DNA of 64,000 bases. It comes from Thermoplasmata archaeon. Lineage in GTDB: Archaea > Thermoplasmatota > Thermoplasmata > Lutacidiplasmatales > UBA184. Where the stretch lies: assembly GCA_035532555.1 (NCBI GenBank), contig DATKQS010000006.1, positions 9,380 to 73,379 of the forward strand, written 5' to 3'. This document shows, in pieces, positions 38,845 to 49,179 of this stretch (within the stretch, counting starts at the first letter, position 1; each line of letters begins with the position of its first letter). The notes under the pieces were generated by a model. That model was not told the DNA's origin, did not search any database, and saw only the letters and a program-made list of their open reading frames with translations. Position numbers and translations under genes: made by a program.

Positions 38845-39867
38845 CTAGACCACCGTCTCGTGCACGCCCAGCTGCATGACGAACCGCCGAGCGATGATGT
38901 TCACCGTGAGCGTGATGGCGGTCAGCAGGATCCCGACCTCGGCGAGCGCGGCGAACTCCTGGGGATTGACGAAGCTCGAGTCCAGGTTCTCGATGATCAG
39001 GGCGGAGAGCGTGTTCGTGGTGGAGTAGACGTTCGTCGGGAAGTTCGTGGCCCCTCCGATCAGGAAGGAGACCGCGACCGCCTCCCCGATGGCGCGAGAG
39101 AATCCGAGGAGGGCGGCACTCGATATCCCACGGGAACCGTAGCGCAGCGAGACCCGTCGGGTGACCTCCCAGCGGGTCGCCCCGAGGGCGAGCCCGCTCT
39201 CCCAGAGCTCTCGCGGCACCGCCCGAAGGGTGTCCCGGATCAGGAGCGTGGAGATGGGGAGGATCATGAGCGTCAGGATGAACACCGTAATGGGGATCCC
39301 GAGCCCCGTCGGACTCACCGGTCCCGCGAACCCGGGGAGGAACCCGAGGTTCGCCGCCATCCAGGGCGTCAGGCTCTGCTGGAAGTACGGTCGCAAGATG
39401 ATGAACGCCCAGAGACCGAACACGATGCTCGGGATGCCCGCGAGGAGATCGACGAACGGGTCGAGGAACCGGGTGGCGATGCGGGGAAGGTAGACCACGG
39501 AGGCGATGGCCACGCCGAGGGCGATGAGCATGGCCAACAGGAGGGCCGGGAGCGAGGTGACGAGGGAGCCCACGATGAACGTGGAGACTCCGTAGCTCGA
39601 TCCCGCGACCCCGGGCGGTTGAACGAGCCAGCTCGAACCGAGGAAATCGAGGACGCTGAAGGGAACCCCGCGGGTCGTCCCGACCATCGCGACCAGGACG
39701 ATCACGATGATCGCGAGCGGGACGAGCGCCGGGAGCAACTCGAGAATGTGGAGAAGGGCGGAGCCCCCTCCCCCGCCTCCCGACCAACGGCCGGCTGGGG
39801 GGCTGGGGGAGGGAGAGGAAGGGGTTTCCGCGTCCGTAGCCGGACGCGGGTCGATCGGTTCGCTCAC
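38845..39867 (-). CDS. pstC: Phosphate ABC transporter permease
   Basis: DLLAGIPSIVFGLW, ALGATRWE, SRAIGE. Confidence 0.93.
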   Translation of the reverse strand: MSEPIDPRPATDAETPSSPSPSPPAGRWSGGGGGGSALLHILELLPALVPLAIIVIVLVAMVGTTRGVPFSVLDFLGSSWLVQPPGVAGSSYGVSTFIVGSLVTSLPALLLAMLIALGVAIASVVYLPRIATRFLDPFVDLLAGIPSIVFGLWAFIILRPYFQQSLTPWMAANLGFLPGFAGPVSPTGLGIPITVFILTLMILPISTLLIRDTLRAVPRELWESGLALGATRWEVTRRVSLRYGSRGISSAALLGFSRAIGEAVAVSFLIGGATNFPTNVYSTTNTLSALIIENLDSSFVNPQEFAALAEVGILLTAITLTVNIIARRFVMQLGVHETVV

Positions 39868-39880
39868 TCCGGTCTACGCC

Positions 39881-41161
39881 TCAGCTGCTCACCTGGACCG
39901 TTTGCAGCGTCTGGTAGGTCAACGCCACCACGTTGGAGGTCAGTGGTAGGAACCCGAGCGGCGACAGATACACCGGCTGGTTTCCTACCCCGAGCGCCCA
40001 GTACAGGAACTGGACCACGTAGTACTGGTGGGACGGGCCCTGCGCGGAACCGGTCGCTTTGATCAGCGTGTACTCCAGGTTCACATCCGGGTAGGGGCTC
40101 GGATAGGCCGCCGTCGGCGCCGTTCCGCCTCCGCCTGCGTGCAGGGTGGTCGGACCGTACGGGCTGCCACCCATGATCAGGCTCAGCGCAAGACCGTAGC
40201 TCGCGTAGTTCAGCCGGGTCAGGGCGAGGTTCGCGTCCTGGCTGACATTGGCCGAGCTCCAGAGGAGGTAGTTGTTCGGGTTGACTCCGCCAGCCGCCGT
40301 GTTGGCGTTGGAGTTGCCGAGCGCCGCGGCGACGAGTCCCTTCGCGATCGAAGCGGCCCGGTAGCTGTTCCCGATGTACGTGATCGAGTTCGGGGTACCG
40401 GCGGCCAGCGTGACCAGACCGGCGTTCCCGTTCGCGTACTGGATCTTCGAGTTCAGCGTCCCGCTGAGCTTGGCCGTGCTGTAACCGTGCGTTGCCCAGC
40501 CCGCCCACGCCATGTACATGTACGACGTGATCAGGAAGGTATCGCCGCTACCGTCCGACCGGGCGAGCGGCACGATCGCCGCATTCGGCAGTGCGACGCC
40601 GGGGTTCGCCGCCTGGATCATCGGGTCGTTCCAGTTGGTGATGTTCCCGTTGTAGATCATCCCGAGCACCGTCCCGTTGATGTTCAGGTGCGCGGTGACT
40701 CCGGGCAGATTGTAGAAGACCAGCTGCGAGGAGATCGCCACGGGGATGTTCACGAGGTTCGTCGCGCTCGCATTGGACAGGTACGCATCGGATGCTCCGA
40801 TGTCGACCAGGCCCGCTTCCGCGTACGACTGCCCGGTGCCGCTCCCCGTACTCGCCGTGCTCAACGCGATCGGTGTGCCGGCGAGCTTCGTGTAGTTGGG
40901 GGCCCAGTAGCTGGCCATCAGCGGATAGAGCAGGCTCGACCCCGTCTCCGTGATCGTGACCGCGTTCTTGTTGTTCGACGAGCTGGGAGCGGTGTAGTAC
41001 CCTACCGCCCAACCCGCGACCACCGCGATGATCGCCACGACGATCACCACGCCGACTCCCGCCGCGGTCATCATCGGACCGCGCCGTCCACCGCCGCTTC
41101 GGCGGCTGAGATTCTCCGAGGGGCCGATCCCCCCACTGTTCGTTCCGCTTGGGCTGCTCAT
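39881..41161 (-). CDS. pstS: Phosphate ABC transporter substrate-binding protein, N-terminally anchored
   Basis: TGSSLLYP, STGSGTG, IGASDAYL, ITNWNDP, RSDGSGDT. Confidence 0.94.
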   Translation of the reverse strand: MSSPSGTNSGGIGPSENLSRRSGGGRRGPMMTAAGVGVVIVVAIIAVVAGWAVGYYTAPSSSNNKNAVTITETGSSLLYPLMASYWAPNYTKLAGTPIALSTASTGSGTGQSYAEAGLVDIGASDAYLSNASATNLVNIPVAISSQLVFYNLPGVTAHLNINGTVLGMIYNGNITNWNDPMIQAANPGVALPNAAIVPLARSDGSGDTFLITSYMYMAWAGWATHGYSTAKLSGTLNSKIQYANGNAGLVTLAAGTPNSITYIGNSYRAASIAKGLVAAALGNSNANTAAGGVNPNNYLLWSSANVSQDANLALTRLNYASYGLALSLIMGGSPYGPTTLHAGGGGTAPTAAYPSPYPDVNLEYTLIKATGSAQGPSHQYYVVQFLYWALGVGNQPVYLSPLGFLPLTSNVVALTYQTLQTVQVSS

Positions 41162-42192
41162 CGCCGTTCGTGGCCTCCTACGCTCATCATGGCTCGTGAG
41201 GTGAGACGAGCGCCCGAGGGGCTCGCCGAGGTGGGAGAGACCTGCGCGTGATCGAGGGCGACCTCCGCGAGGTCCTGGCCGTAGGCGACGGTCCGCTCCA
41301 GGGAGTGGAGCATCCAGCTGAGCGGGACGATCGCCGCGGGGGAGTGAGCCTCTACCGGGTCACGGACCGGGATCAGACGGTCGACCAGGGTCCGAGCCGT
41401 CTCTCGAAGCGCGCCGCCGAAGTCGATCTGGACGTTCGCCTGGTCCGCTCGCTGGGTGGAGAGGATCCCGAGCACCGATCGAACGTAGTCGACGGCGCGG
41501 CCCTGGAAGTCGGAGAGGAGCGCGAGCTGGGTCTCGGACGGACGGGTCGCTCGCCAGCGTGCGCCGTTGACCCCGATCAGGACGGCGTGGTCGGCGATCC
41601 GTTCGAGGGCGCGCGCGGCCTCGAGCCAACCGAGCACGTCCAGCCCGGGGTCGTCTCCAAGAGCGCCGACCCGGCACGACCGCTCTACCGCTCGGTGGAC
41701 CTCCCAGGCCGCCCGATCGATCGGGTCGTCGAGCGATTCCCAGTCGGCCTCCGAGAGGCTCGAGGGACGGGCGTCCCCGGAGCGCTCGAGCAGCGCGAGC
41801 GCACGCTCGCCGAGCCGCTCGGTGAGGGCGGGAAGATCGGCCGGGGAGGGGTCCCCGAGGTTCCACAGGACGAGCCGGCCCCTCCGCTCCTCGCAGGCAG
41901 GGTATCCCCCCACGCGGGCGACGAAGGCCGCAACGACGGCCCGCGCCGAGCCGCGGATCCCCCCGCGTTGGAGGACCACGATCTCGTCGACCCCTGAGAG
42001 ATACGCTCCGACGAGCTCTCGGAAGAAGTGTTCGGGAAGGACGTCCTCATCGAGCTCGATCGACCTCGATGTGAACACGACCGGAGCCATCGAGACGGGC
42101 TCCTCCTCTATCGGCGAATCTGGCGGCATGGCGGGGCCCTTCGGTGCCGTACTCCGTCGCACACCGCCCCCCGTCTTCGACTCCTGTGTCAT
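41158..42192 (-). CDS. Archaeal PhoU-domain phosphate uptake regulator-like protein
   Basis: RELVGAYLSGVDEI middle domain, LERIADHA and LERTVAYG PhoU repeats; ATGA overlap with pstS. Confidence 0.8.
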   Translation of the reverse strand: MTQESKTGGGVRRSTAPKGPAMPPDSPIEEEPVSMAPVVFTSRSIELDEDVLPEHFFRELVGAYLSGVDEIVVLQRGGIRGSARAVVAAFVARVGGYPACEERRGRLVLWNLGDPSPADLPALTERLGERALALLERSGDARPSSLSEADWESLDDPIDRAAWEVHRAVERSCRVGALGDDPGLDVLGWLEAARALERIADHAVLIGVNGARWRATRPSETQLALLSDFQGRAVDYVRSVLGILSTQRADQANVQIDFGGALRETARTLVDRLIPVRDPVEAHSPAAIVPLSWMLHSLERTVAYGQDLAEVALDHAQVSPTSASPSGARLTSRAMMSVGGHERR

Positions 42193-42214
42193 CGGATGGA
42201 CGACTCCACCGGGT

Positions 42215-42270
42215 GGTATATAGTAATTCGACTTACTCTACACTTTACTCCATATAACTATATTCCTTAG
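42215..42270 (-). promoter_or_regulatory. AT-rich promoter/operator of the pst operon
   Basis: TATATA box ~25 nt upstream of the ATG; direct repeat TTACTCYAYA at 42233 and 42245; further CATATA/CTATAT motifs. Confidence 0.6.
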
Positions 42271-42346
42271 TGAGCCGACCATAGAGACGCGCACCAAGCT
42301 TTTGAACCTGTTTTCCCGCAGGCCGATGACCCCGGAACCCAGGCCT

Positions 42347-42919
42347 CTACGTCGAGAAGACCGCCCGCTCGGCGGCCCGCATCTCGGCGGGGTCCGGACG
42401 GCCCCGGTAGGCGTCCAGGCGAGCCCGATTCACCTCGAAGAAGCTCCGACCGCCCGCGAACCCGTCCAGCAGCTGGCGGGCGGCGGCCTCGTACCCCAGG
42501 ACGAACAGCGCGGCGGCGAGCGCCTCCGCCGTGTTCAGCTCTCCGATCCGGCCGAAGTGCTGGGGATTGGTGGCCATGAGGAATGGGAGCCGTCGGTGGC
42601 CCGAGCGCTTGGAGCCCAGAGCCGGGGCCGCCAGATAGGCACCGCGCTCCCCGAGGACGTTCCAGGAACAGTCGACTCCTAGGACGCCCCCTCGGAGGGC
42701 CGTCGCTCGGTCGCGAAGGCTCAACGGGTCGGGGGCGAAGGGATCGAGGATGATCGGATGGGGTCGGAGGGCCCGTTGGGCCGGCGCCGGGAGGGCCAGG
42801 GCGTGCTGGAGGAGGCGACGCCCGGTGCAGGCGCGCGGGTGATCGTCCCCGACCACGAGCAGCCAGAGCGTGGGGATCCCGTTAGCGGACGGGTTGGGCG
42901 TACTCTCGGAAGATCGCAT
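42347..42919 (-). CDS. tsr3: 16S rRNA aminocarboxypropyltransferase
   Basis: DHPRACTG, GVDCSWN, RRLPFLMATNP, LNTAEALAAAL, FFEVN. Confidence 0.88.
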   Translation of the reverse strand: MRSSESTPNPSANGIPTLWLLVVGDDHPRACTGRRLLQHALALPAPAQRALRPHPIILDPFAPDPLSLRDRATALRGGVLGVDCSWNVLGERGAYLAAPALGSKRSGHRRLPFLMATNPQHFGRIGELNTAEALAAALFVLGYEAAARQLLDGFAGGRSFFEVNRARLDAYRGRPDPAEMRAAERAVFST

Positions 42920-43853
42920 GCAACTCGCGGGTCATCGATAGCGCGTCCGCCTTCGGGCGCTGCCAGAGGTTCCGGCCGAAGATGATCCCCGTCGCCCCGG
43001 CGTCCATGGAATCGCGGACCTTGTGGAGGAGCTCGGCGTCCGAAACCTTCTCCCCACCCGAGACGAGGACCAACGCCCGTCCGGCGCTGTGGACGACCTT
43101 GCGGAAGGCGTCCTCGGCCGAGACGTTCAGCGTGTTGTACGGCGGGGGACTCGCCTTGTCCTTCTCGGATCGGACCGGGAAGTTCACCTTGACGATGTCC
43201 GCCCCGAGCTCGAGGGCCGTCCGAGCGGCGTAGTCGATCGCGTAGAGACTCTCCTTTCCACCCTTCTGGGCGACCGCGTCGCCCCGAGGGTAGGCCCAGA
43301 CGATGATCGGCATGCCGAACCGGTCGGCGTCGGCCCGGACCTGGTGGAACTGAAGGAAGTCCCGGTCCTGGGCCGACGAGCCGACATAGACGGTGTAGCC
43401 CACCGCGTCCGCTCCGAGCCGAACAGCGTCCTCGACCGTCCCCGTCAGCGGGCTGAACGGCTCGGAATCGGGAGGAATGTTGGTCTTCCCGTTGAGCTTG
43501 AGGATCAGCGGGATGTCGCCGGCGTACTCGGCGAAGTGGCGCTGCGCGAGGCCGATATGCAGCGCGATGGCGCTGAACTTCCCCTCGGTCGCGAGCTGGA
43601 ACTGGTACTCCGGGTCCTCGGCGGCCGGGTTCGAGAAGAAGTCGGCGGGACCGTGCTCGAGCCCTTGGTCGATGGGGAGGACCAGCATCGTCCCTCCGCC
43701 GGGGCCGTAGGTGTAGAGCATACGCTTGAGCCGGGCCCGCTTCCCCGGGGAGAGGCTCAGCCGAGAGAACGGGAACCGCGGGGTGCGCTCTCGTGTTCCC
43801 GATCCCGTCACCAGGCGCGCTCCGTCGGAGGCACGGCCCTGCGAACTCGACAT
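42882..43853 (-). CDS. Class I (DhnA-type) fructose-bisphosphate aldolase family
   Basis: LPIDQGLEHGP, ILKLNG, AVRLGADAVGYT, WAYPRG, ELGADIVK, SGG, FGRN. Confidence 0.93.
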   Translation of the reverse strand: MSSSQGRASDGARLVTGSGTRERTPRFPFSRLSLSPGKRARLKRMLYTYGPGGGTMLVLPIDQGLEHGPADFFSNPAAEDPEYQFQLATEGKFSAIALHIGLAQRHFAEYAGDIPLILKLNGKTNIPPDSEPFSPLTGTVEDAVRLGADAVGYTVYVGSSAQDRDFLQFHQVRADADRFGMPIIVWAYPRGDAVAQKGGKESLYAIDYAARTALELGADIVKVNFPVRSEKDKASPPPYNTLNVSAEDAFRKVVHSAGRALVLVSGGEKVSDAELLHKVRDSMDAGATGIIFGRNLWQRPKADALSMTRELHAIFREYAQPVR

Positions 43854-44011
43854 GCAAACCCCCTCGGTACCGAGCACGGGACACCGCGATTTAACGGTTG
43901 GTCTCCCGCCGTCCGCGCATCCCGGACCTCTCGGGAGGACGCGGGCGCACCCTCATAATCGGCCGCGCTGTACGTCGGTCACCGGTCCGTCGGAGAACCC
44001 ACCGGCCCAGG

Positions 44012-44896
44012 ATGCGACCGCAGGTCATCATCGTCGGAACGATCGTGCTGAACGCGATCCTGTTCGGGGCGAACCTGTACGTAGCGGTCCCCAGTGGGAG
44101 CAAAGCCGTCCTTTCCCAGGCGATTTACTCGGTCACGGACCTGGTCGGAGCGCTGCTCCTGTTGTGGGGAACCTACGCATCCCATCGGCGGCCCACGCAC
44201 GAACACCCGTTCGGGTTCGGCAAGGAGCGATTCTTCTGGGCGTTCGTCGCCTCCCTCGTGACCTTCAGCGTCGCGGGGCTGCTCGTGCTGCTCACGGGCA
44301 TCCAACAGATCGCCTCCCCCGGCCCGATCACCGAACTCAACTCGGCCCTGGTGGTCGTGGGGCTATCGATCATCGGCAGCTTGGGTGGGATCTACATCAC
44401 GCTCCGGGAGCTCCGCGTGTCCCGGGAGACCGTCGCGACGCTGATGGAATCCTCCCATCTCGGGCTGAAGGCGATCTTCTACCAGGACCTCGTCAGCATC
44501 GGAGGCAGCATCGTCGCGTTCAGCGGGATCCTCGTGGTCGCCTGGTTCCACACGAACGTCGCGGACGGCATCGCCGCGGCGATCGTCGGCGGGATGCTCA
44601 TCGCGACCGGATTCATCCTCACCGCGGAGAGCCGAGAGCTCCTCATCGGAAAGTCGATCCCGCCCCGGGTCGCGCGCGAGATCCTCGCCTTCATCGAGCG
44701 AGACGCTTCCGTGCAGAAGGTCCGCGGCCTCCAATCGATGATGCTGGGCCCGGACGACGTCCTGATCGCGCTCAGGATCAACTTCCCGGACGGCATGACC
44801 ACCGACCAGATCGAGGCGGCGATCGACCGCGTTTCCCTCGGCCTGCGGCAGGCCTATCCTCAGCTCCGGCACATTGTCATCGAGCCGGAGTCGTGA
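44012..44896 (+). CDS. Cation diffusion facilitator family transporter
   Basis: SGSKAVLS, HPFGFGKERFFWAF, ESRELLIG, IVIEP. Confidence 0.88.
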   Translation: MRPQVIIVGTIVLNAILFGANLYVAVPSGSKAVLSQAIYSVTDLVGALLLLWGTYASHRRPTHEHPFGFGKERFFWAFVASLVTFSVAGLLVLLTGIQQIASPGPITELNSALVVVGLSIIGSLGGIYITLRELRVSRETVATLMESSHLGLKAIFYQDLVSIGGSIVAFSGILVVAWFHTNVADGIAAAIVGGMLIATGFILTAESRELLIGKSIPPRVAREILAFIERDASVQKVRGLQSMMLGPDDVLIALRINFPDGMTTDQIEAAIDRVSLGLRQAYPQLRHIVIEPES

Positions 44897-46124
44897 TCGG
44901 GAGCTCGCCCGATCGTACCCGCCGCCACTGAAGTACGGTCAACGCGACGAGCGTGGCCGAGATCCCGCCGAAGAACAGATCGAGACCCGGAGTGCCGAGC
45001 GCGTCGTACAGTGTGGTGGAGACGGCCAGGCCGAGCACCATCCCGAGGGAGATCGTCAGCGAATAGATCGCCATCGTCGTAGCCCGGGTAAGCGACGCGC
45101 TCAGATCGGTCAGCGCCGCCAGGGCCGCCGGACCGTAGGCCAAAGCCGCGATCACCCCGATCCCGGCCGCGGCGAGCAGGACCGGGAGCGGCCCGTACGC
45201 GGCGATCAGCCCGGCCGCGAACAGGACGACCACGAAACCCGTGGTTCCAATCCCGAGCAGTCGGATCCGGCCGAAACGGTCGGACCATCTCCCGTAGACC
45301 GGTTGGGTGAACACGAGCAGGATGCCCCCGACGCCGATCAACATGGCAAGATAGATCGGCGGGAACCCCTTCGCCTCCGAGCTCGACCCGAGGAACGCGA
45401 GGGCCGTTCCGATCAGCATGTAGATCGTGAGCCAAGGCGCGGTCACCCACCAGACCTCCGGCCGTCGGAGGGCCTGCGCAAGGAGGCGGGGGACCCTCGG
45501 CCGGCCGCCGACCCACCTCGCTCGACCGCGAGCGGCGAGGAGGAGGAACAACACCCCCGCCGTTAGCACCGCAGCGCTGAGGAGGAACGTCGTCCCGAGC
45601 GCGGAGTTCGGGAGGACGGTGAGGGCCACCAACCCGACCGCAAACCCGAGCACCCAGCCGGACAGGTTCATCGCATCGAAGCGGCCCATCTCGAAACCCC
45701 GCTCCTCCGGGCCGGAGGCGTCGGCGACGAGCGCGAGGCTGGAAGCGAGGATCGCCCCGCTCGCCACCCCGAAGGATAGGTTGATCGCTCCGAGCGCGAT
45801 CGCGGAGCGGGTCGTCGAGACGAGGGCAGTGAGGACCGCCGCGATCACCATCCCGGCGAGAAGCACCGGCCACCGTCCCCAGCGGTCGGCGGCCGCGCCG
45901 GAGAGGAGCACGGTCGAGAACTCTCCGATCGGGCTCATCGCGATGACGAGGCCCACCGTGCCCAGCGAGGCGCCACCGAGCCCCTGCGACTGGCCGAGGA
46001 GGTAGCTCGCGAAGATCGCGGTGGTGATGCCGAAGGCGAACCGGATGAAGAACGTGGCTCCGAAGACGGCGAACAGCGGGCGTGCTTCGGGCCGACCGAG
46101 GGCGGAGGGAGCCGCGTCGATCAC
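44877..46124 (-). CDS. MFS transporter
   Basis: GAAADRWGRW and GRWSDRFGRI motif A; twelve TM helices. Confidence 0.9.
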   Translation of the reverse strand: MIDAAPSALGRPEARPLFAVFGATFFIRFAFGITTAIFASYLLGQSQGLGGASLGTVGLVIAMSPIGEFSTVLLSGAAADRWGRWPVLLAGMVIAAVLTALVSTTRSAIALGAINLSFGVASGAILASSLALVADASGPEERGFEMGRFDAMNLSGWVLGFAVGLVALTVLPNSALGTTFLLSAAVLTAGVLFLLLAARGRARWVGGRPRVPRLLAQALRRPEVWWVTAPWLTIYMLIGTALAFLGSSSEAKGFPPIYLAMLIGVGGILLVFTQPVYGRWSDRFGRIRLLGIGTTGFVVVLFAAGLIAAYGPLPVLLAAAGIGVIAALAYGPAALAALTDLSASLTRATTMAIYSLTISLGMVLGLAVSTTLYDALGTPGLDLFFGGISATLVALTVLQWRRVRSGELPITTPAR

Positions 46125-46128
46125 GAGC

Positions 46129-46518
46129 TTACGACGGCGCTGCGGGGCGCTCGATCAGCTCGATCCACACATCGTTCGGATCGAGGATGAACGCGATCCG
46201 GCCGGATCCGCCTTGAAGGCGATACGGTTCCTTCGCGACCCGCACGCCCGCGGTACGGACCCGGGCGAGAAAGGTGTCGAGATCGGGGACCTGGAAGGCG
46301 AGGTGGTCGAGCTGCTCGCCGGGTTCGACCGTGTTCTTCCCTTCCCAGTACGTGAGCTCGACCCGCGCATCGGACAGCGGATCCCGGACGAAGGCGATCT
46401 CGGCGTGGTTCTCCGGGATCGGCCGTCGTCGCTCGAACTCGAGACCGAGGATCCCGGTGTAGAAGGCGAGGCTTTCGTCCATGTCACGCACGGTGATCGA
46501 GGTGTGGAGGAAGCGCAT
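46129..46518 (-). CDS. VOC family protein (lactoylglutathione lyase-like)
   Basis: FLHTSITVRDMDESLAFY, ELTYW, DHLAF, DPNDVWIELIE. Confidence 0.92.
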   Translation of the reverse strand: MRFLHTSITVRDMDESLAFYTGILGLEFERRRPIPENHAEIAFVRDPLSDARVELTYWEGKNTVEPGEQLDHLAFQVPDLDTFLARVRTAGVRVAKEPYRLQGGSGRIAFILDPNDVWIELIERPAAPS

Positions 46519-46566
46519 GGGTTCAGGACTCCGGAGACCGCGCGTTGCCTATCAAAGGTTCGCGAA

Positions 46567-48306
46567 CTACCCGTGGGCGAAGACGACACGGACCGGGCGC
46601 GAGCCCGTGGACCAGTCGGCCTCGAACCGGACGAATCCGACCCGTTCGAACTGCACGATATCCCTCGGAGCTGCGTCCAGGAGCGCTCGCTCGCCCGTGC
46701 CAGTTCGGTGGGTCCCATCGATCTCGAGGATATCGACCGGGATCGCTCCCTCGGCACCGATCCATTGGAGCCGCGGGATCCGCTTGTTCTCGCGGCTCGT
46801 GAAACGGGCGGAGAGATGGGATGCATCGGGGGCTAGGCGATCCGGGAGTTGGACGTTGAGCAGGTCCTTGAGGCGGACCTCGAGCCCGAGCCGCGTCTCT
46901 AGGTCGATCCGCGCGAGGTAGAAGGAGGGCCCCGCGGGCACCGTCCGCGCTCCGAGCTCGGCGCGGTCGGGGTGGTTCGGGAGTTCCACGGTCCGAAGTT
47001 CGGCGGGGTAGTCGTCCACATCGACCCGGATCGGCTGGGCCACGAACGCCCGGCGCGGGGTCATCGGGTCGATCCGCTTGCGGTTCTCCGCGTAGAGGGT
47101 CTCGGCCGGCACCTCGATGTCGGAGAGCGACATGCCGAAGGAGAGGGTGAAACGCCGGCAGGCGTCCATCGATATCCCTCGGCGATCGAGCGAACGCAGC
47201 GACCAGGTACGCGGGTCGGCCCAGCCGTCGTAGAGGCCGCTCTTGACCTCGCGGTAGGATTTGCTCTTCGAGATCTTCGCCTCTCGCACCCGCAATAGGC
47301 CCCAGTGCAGGAAGGGAGGTCCCTGGATCTCGAGGAGCTTCCAGACGAACTGCTGCATGCGGTCCTCCATCACCAGATCCTTCCCGCGGAGCACGTGGGT
47401 GACCCCGAGCTCGACGTCGTCCGCCGCCCAGGAGAACTCGAGCATCGGCCACACCCGATACTTGTGGCCCACGCGCGGATGCCCCTGCTCGTTGATGCGG
47501 AACAGCACGCGGTCGCGGAACGCGGGATCGGGGTCGGCGATGTCCGTCCGCAGCCGCAGCACCGCCTCGCCCTGCGCGAACCCGCCCGAGAGCATCCGTT
47601 CCCACATCTCGAGGGTCTGCTCTACGGTCTGCAGGCGCTCCGCACAGGCCCGGCCCGCCTCGCGGTTCTCCCTCAGCGTCTCGGCCGGACAGACGCAGAC
47701 GTACGCCCCGCCGCGCTCGATGACGCGGTGGGCCCACGGGTAGAACTTGTCGATGCGGTCCGATTTGTAGTACACCGCATCCGGATGGATCCCCGCAAGC
47801 TCGAGGTCTCCGAGGATCAGATCGAACGCCTCCGGGTCGACCCGCTTCTCCTCCGAACCGACCGTGTCGTCGAACACGAGCAAGAGGCGGCCGTCGTACT
47901 TCCGTCGGTAGTACTCGTTGACGAACAGCATCCGCGCGTTGCCGATGTGCAGGCTGCCGCTCGGGAACGGGGCCATCCGCAGCACGACCTTTCCCGGCAC
48001 CGCTCCGATGAGATCGGGGAACGTGCCCTCCTCGGACGTGACGGGGCGCGGGGTGCTCGCCTCCGCCCCCCCGAGGGCCGCGAGCGCGGCGTCTCGAGCC
48101 TCGGGGGAGAGCGCTGCGATCTCCCGGATGGTGGCCTCGACGGCCGCCTGGACGGCGGGGGCGTCGTGCCGCAGGGCGGGGTCCGTGCCGAGGAGACGCG
48201 CGACGATCGGGCCGGCTCGCGGAAGCCCCCCGTGGGTGATGGCATTCTCGAGCGCTAGACGGCGAGCGCGCACGAGGATCTCGGGCGAGAGCGGCACGCT
48301 TGGCAC
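46567..48306 (-). CDS. gltX: Glutamate--tRNA ligase (archaeal type)
   Basis: ALENA..H.G N-terminus, RMAPFPSGSLHIGN, THVLRGKD, KISKS, VQFERVGF. Confidence 0.96.
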   Translation of the reverse strand: MPSVPLSPEILVRARRLALENAITHGGLPRAGPIVARLLGTDPALRHDAPAVQAAVEATIREIAALSPEARDAALAALGGAEASTPRPVTSEEGTFPDLIGAVPGKVVLRMAPFPSGSLHIGNARMLFVNEYYRRKYDGRLLLVFDDTVGSEEKRVDPEAFDLILGDLELAGIHPDAVYYKSDRIDKFYPWAHRVIERGGAYVCVCPAETLRENREAGRACAERLQTVEQTLEMWERMLSGGFAQGEAVLRLRTDIADPDPAFRDRVLFRINEQGHPRVGHKYRVWPMLEFSWAADDVELGVTHVLRGKDLVMEDRMQQFVWKLLEIQGPPFLHWGLLRVREAKISKSKSYREVKSGLYDGWADPRTWSLRSLDRRGISMDACRRFTLSFGMSLSDIEVPAETLYAENRKRIDPMTPRRAFVAQPIRVDVDDYPAELRTVELPNHPDRAELGARTVPAGPSFYLARIDLETRLGLEVRLKDLLNVQLPDRLAPDASHLSARFTSRENKRIPRLQWIGAEGAIPVDILEIDGTHRTGTGERALLDAAPRDIVQFERVGFVRFEADWSTGSRPVRVVFAHG

Positions 48307-48319
48307 GAGCTCTACGCCG

Positions 48320-49135
48320 TTAAAGCGGTTCGTGGACCGAGGAAGTGCGGTCGTGATCGCTCACGATCGCCGGCGCCGCACGGTCGCCGAGCGCGTCCGC
48401 GACCGCCTGCGTCAGCGTGAGCTCGCCGCAGAGCACGCGATGCGCGGCGGTCCGGGGGATGGTGACCCGCCCATCGCTGCCGATGCGGCTGAGCCGCTGA
48501 ACGTCCGCGATCGCCCCTGCGGTCGGCCGCAGCGTCAGACGCCCTCGGATGGGTCGACCCGGTGTCTGTGCGATCCTTCGCGCCGCCACCATATCTCGCG
48601 GCCGCCGCGAGCCGCGCGGAGTGGTGCCCTGCTCGTCCACCAGTTCTACGGCCCGGGCCGACGCGAGGAGGTCGTTGACGAGGCGGTTGCGCGAGGGCGG
48701 GTCCCCACTCCCGACACGGAACAGGATCGAGCGGGAGGTGAAGCGGCGACGCAAGTGGTTCGCGAACTGTGCCCCCTCGCCCGGCGTCTCCAGCACGCCT
48801 TCCCCGATGCAGGTCCCACCGGACATAATCGCGTAGCCGGGTCGCGGGCCGGGATCGATCCCCACGATGAGGCCCCCGCGAACATCATGGGTCCGCAGGG
48901 CGTAAAGGACCGCAGCCCAGAGCGACGGGCGGTCGCCGTCTTCGGCCACCGCGAGGATGTGGGAGTGCGAAATCTCGGCGGCTTCCGCGGGCGTCGTCAG
49001 GACGACCGCGGCGCGCTCAGGGATGCGTTGCCCCGGGAGCAGGCTGATGGAAGGGAGACAGCGCTCGCGTAACGTACCCGCCATCTCCGCGTAGAGCGCG
49101 GGATCCCGGGTTACGAGCGCCACACACCGAGCCAA
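48320..49135 (-). CDS. Conserved archaeal protein with an RNase H-like (GIDPG) domain
   Basis: LIVGIDPGPRPG, FRVGSG, ELVDEQGTT, D..AA..IA, IADVQRLSR; TTG start inferred. Confidence 0.75.
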   Translation of the reverse strand: MARCVALVTRDPALYAEMAGTLRERCLPSISLLPGQRIPERAAVVLTTPAEAAEISHSHILAVAEDGDRPSLWAAVLYALRTHDVRGGLIVGIDPGPRPGYAIMSGGTCIGEGVLETPGEGAQFANHLRRRFTSRSILFRVGSGDPPSRNRLVNDLLASARAVELVDEQGTTPRGSRRPRDMVAARRIAQTPGRPIRGRLTLRPTAGAIADVQRLSRIGSDGRVTIPRTAAHRVLCGELTLTQAVADALGDRAAPAIVSDHDRTSSVHEPL

Positions 49136-49179
49136 CGAGCTCCCTGACGGTGATATACGGCATATACTTTGCCGAGGCG

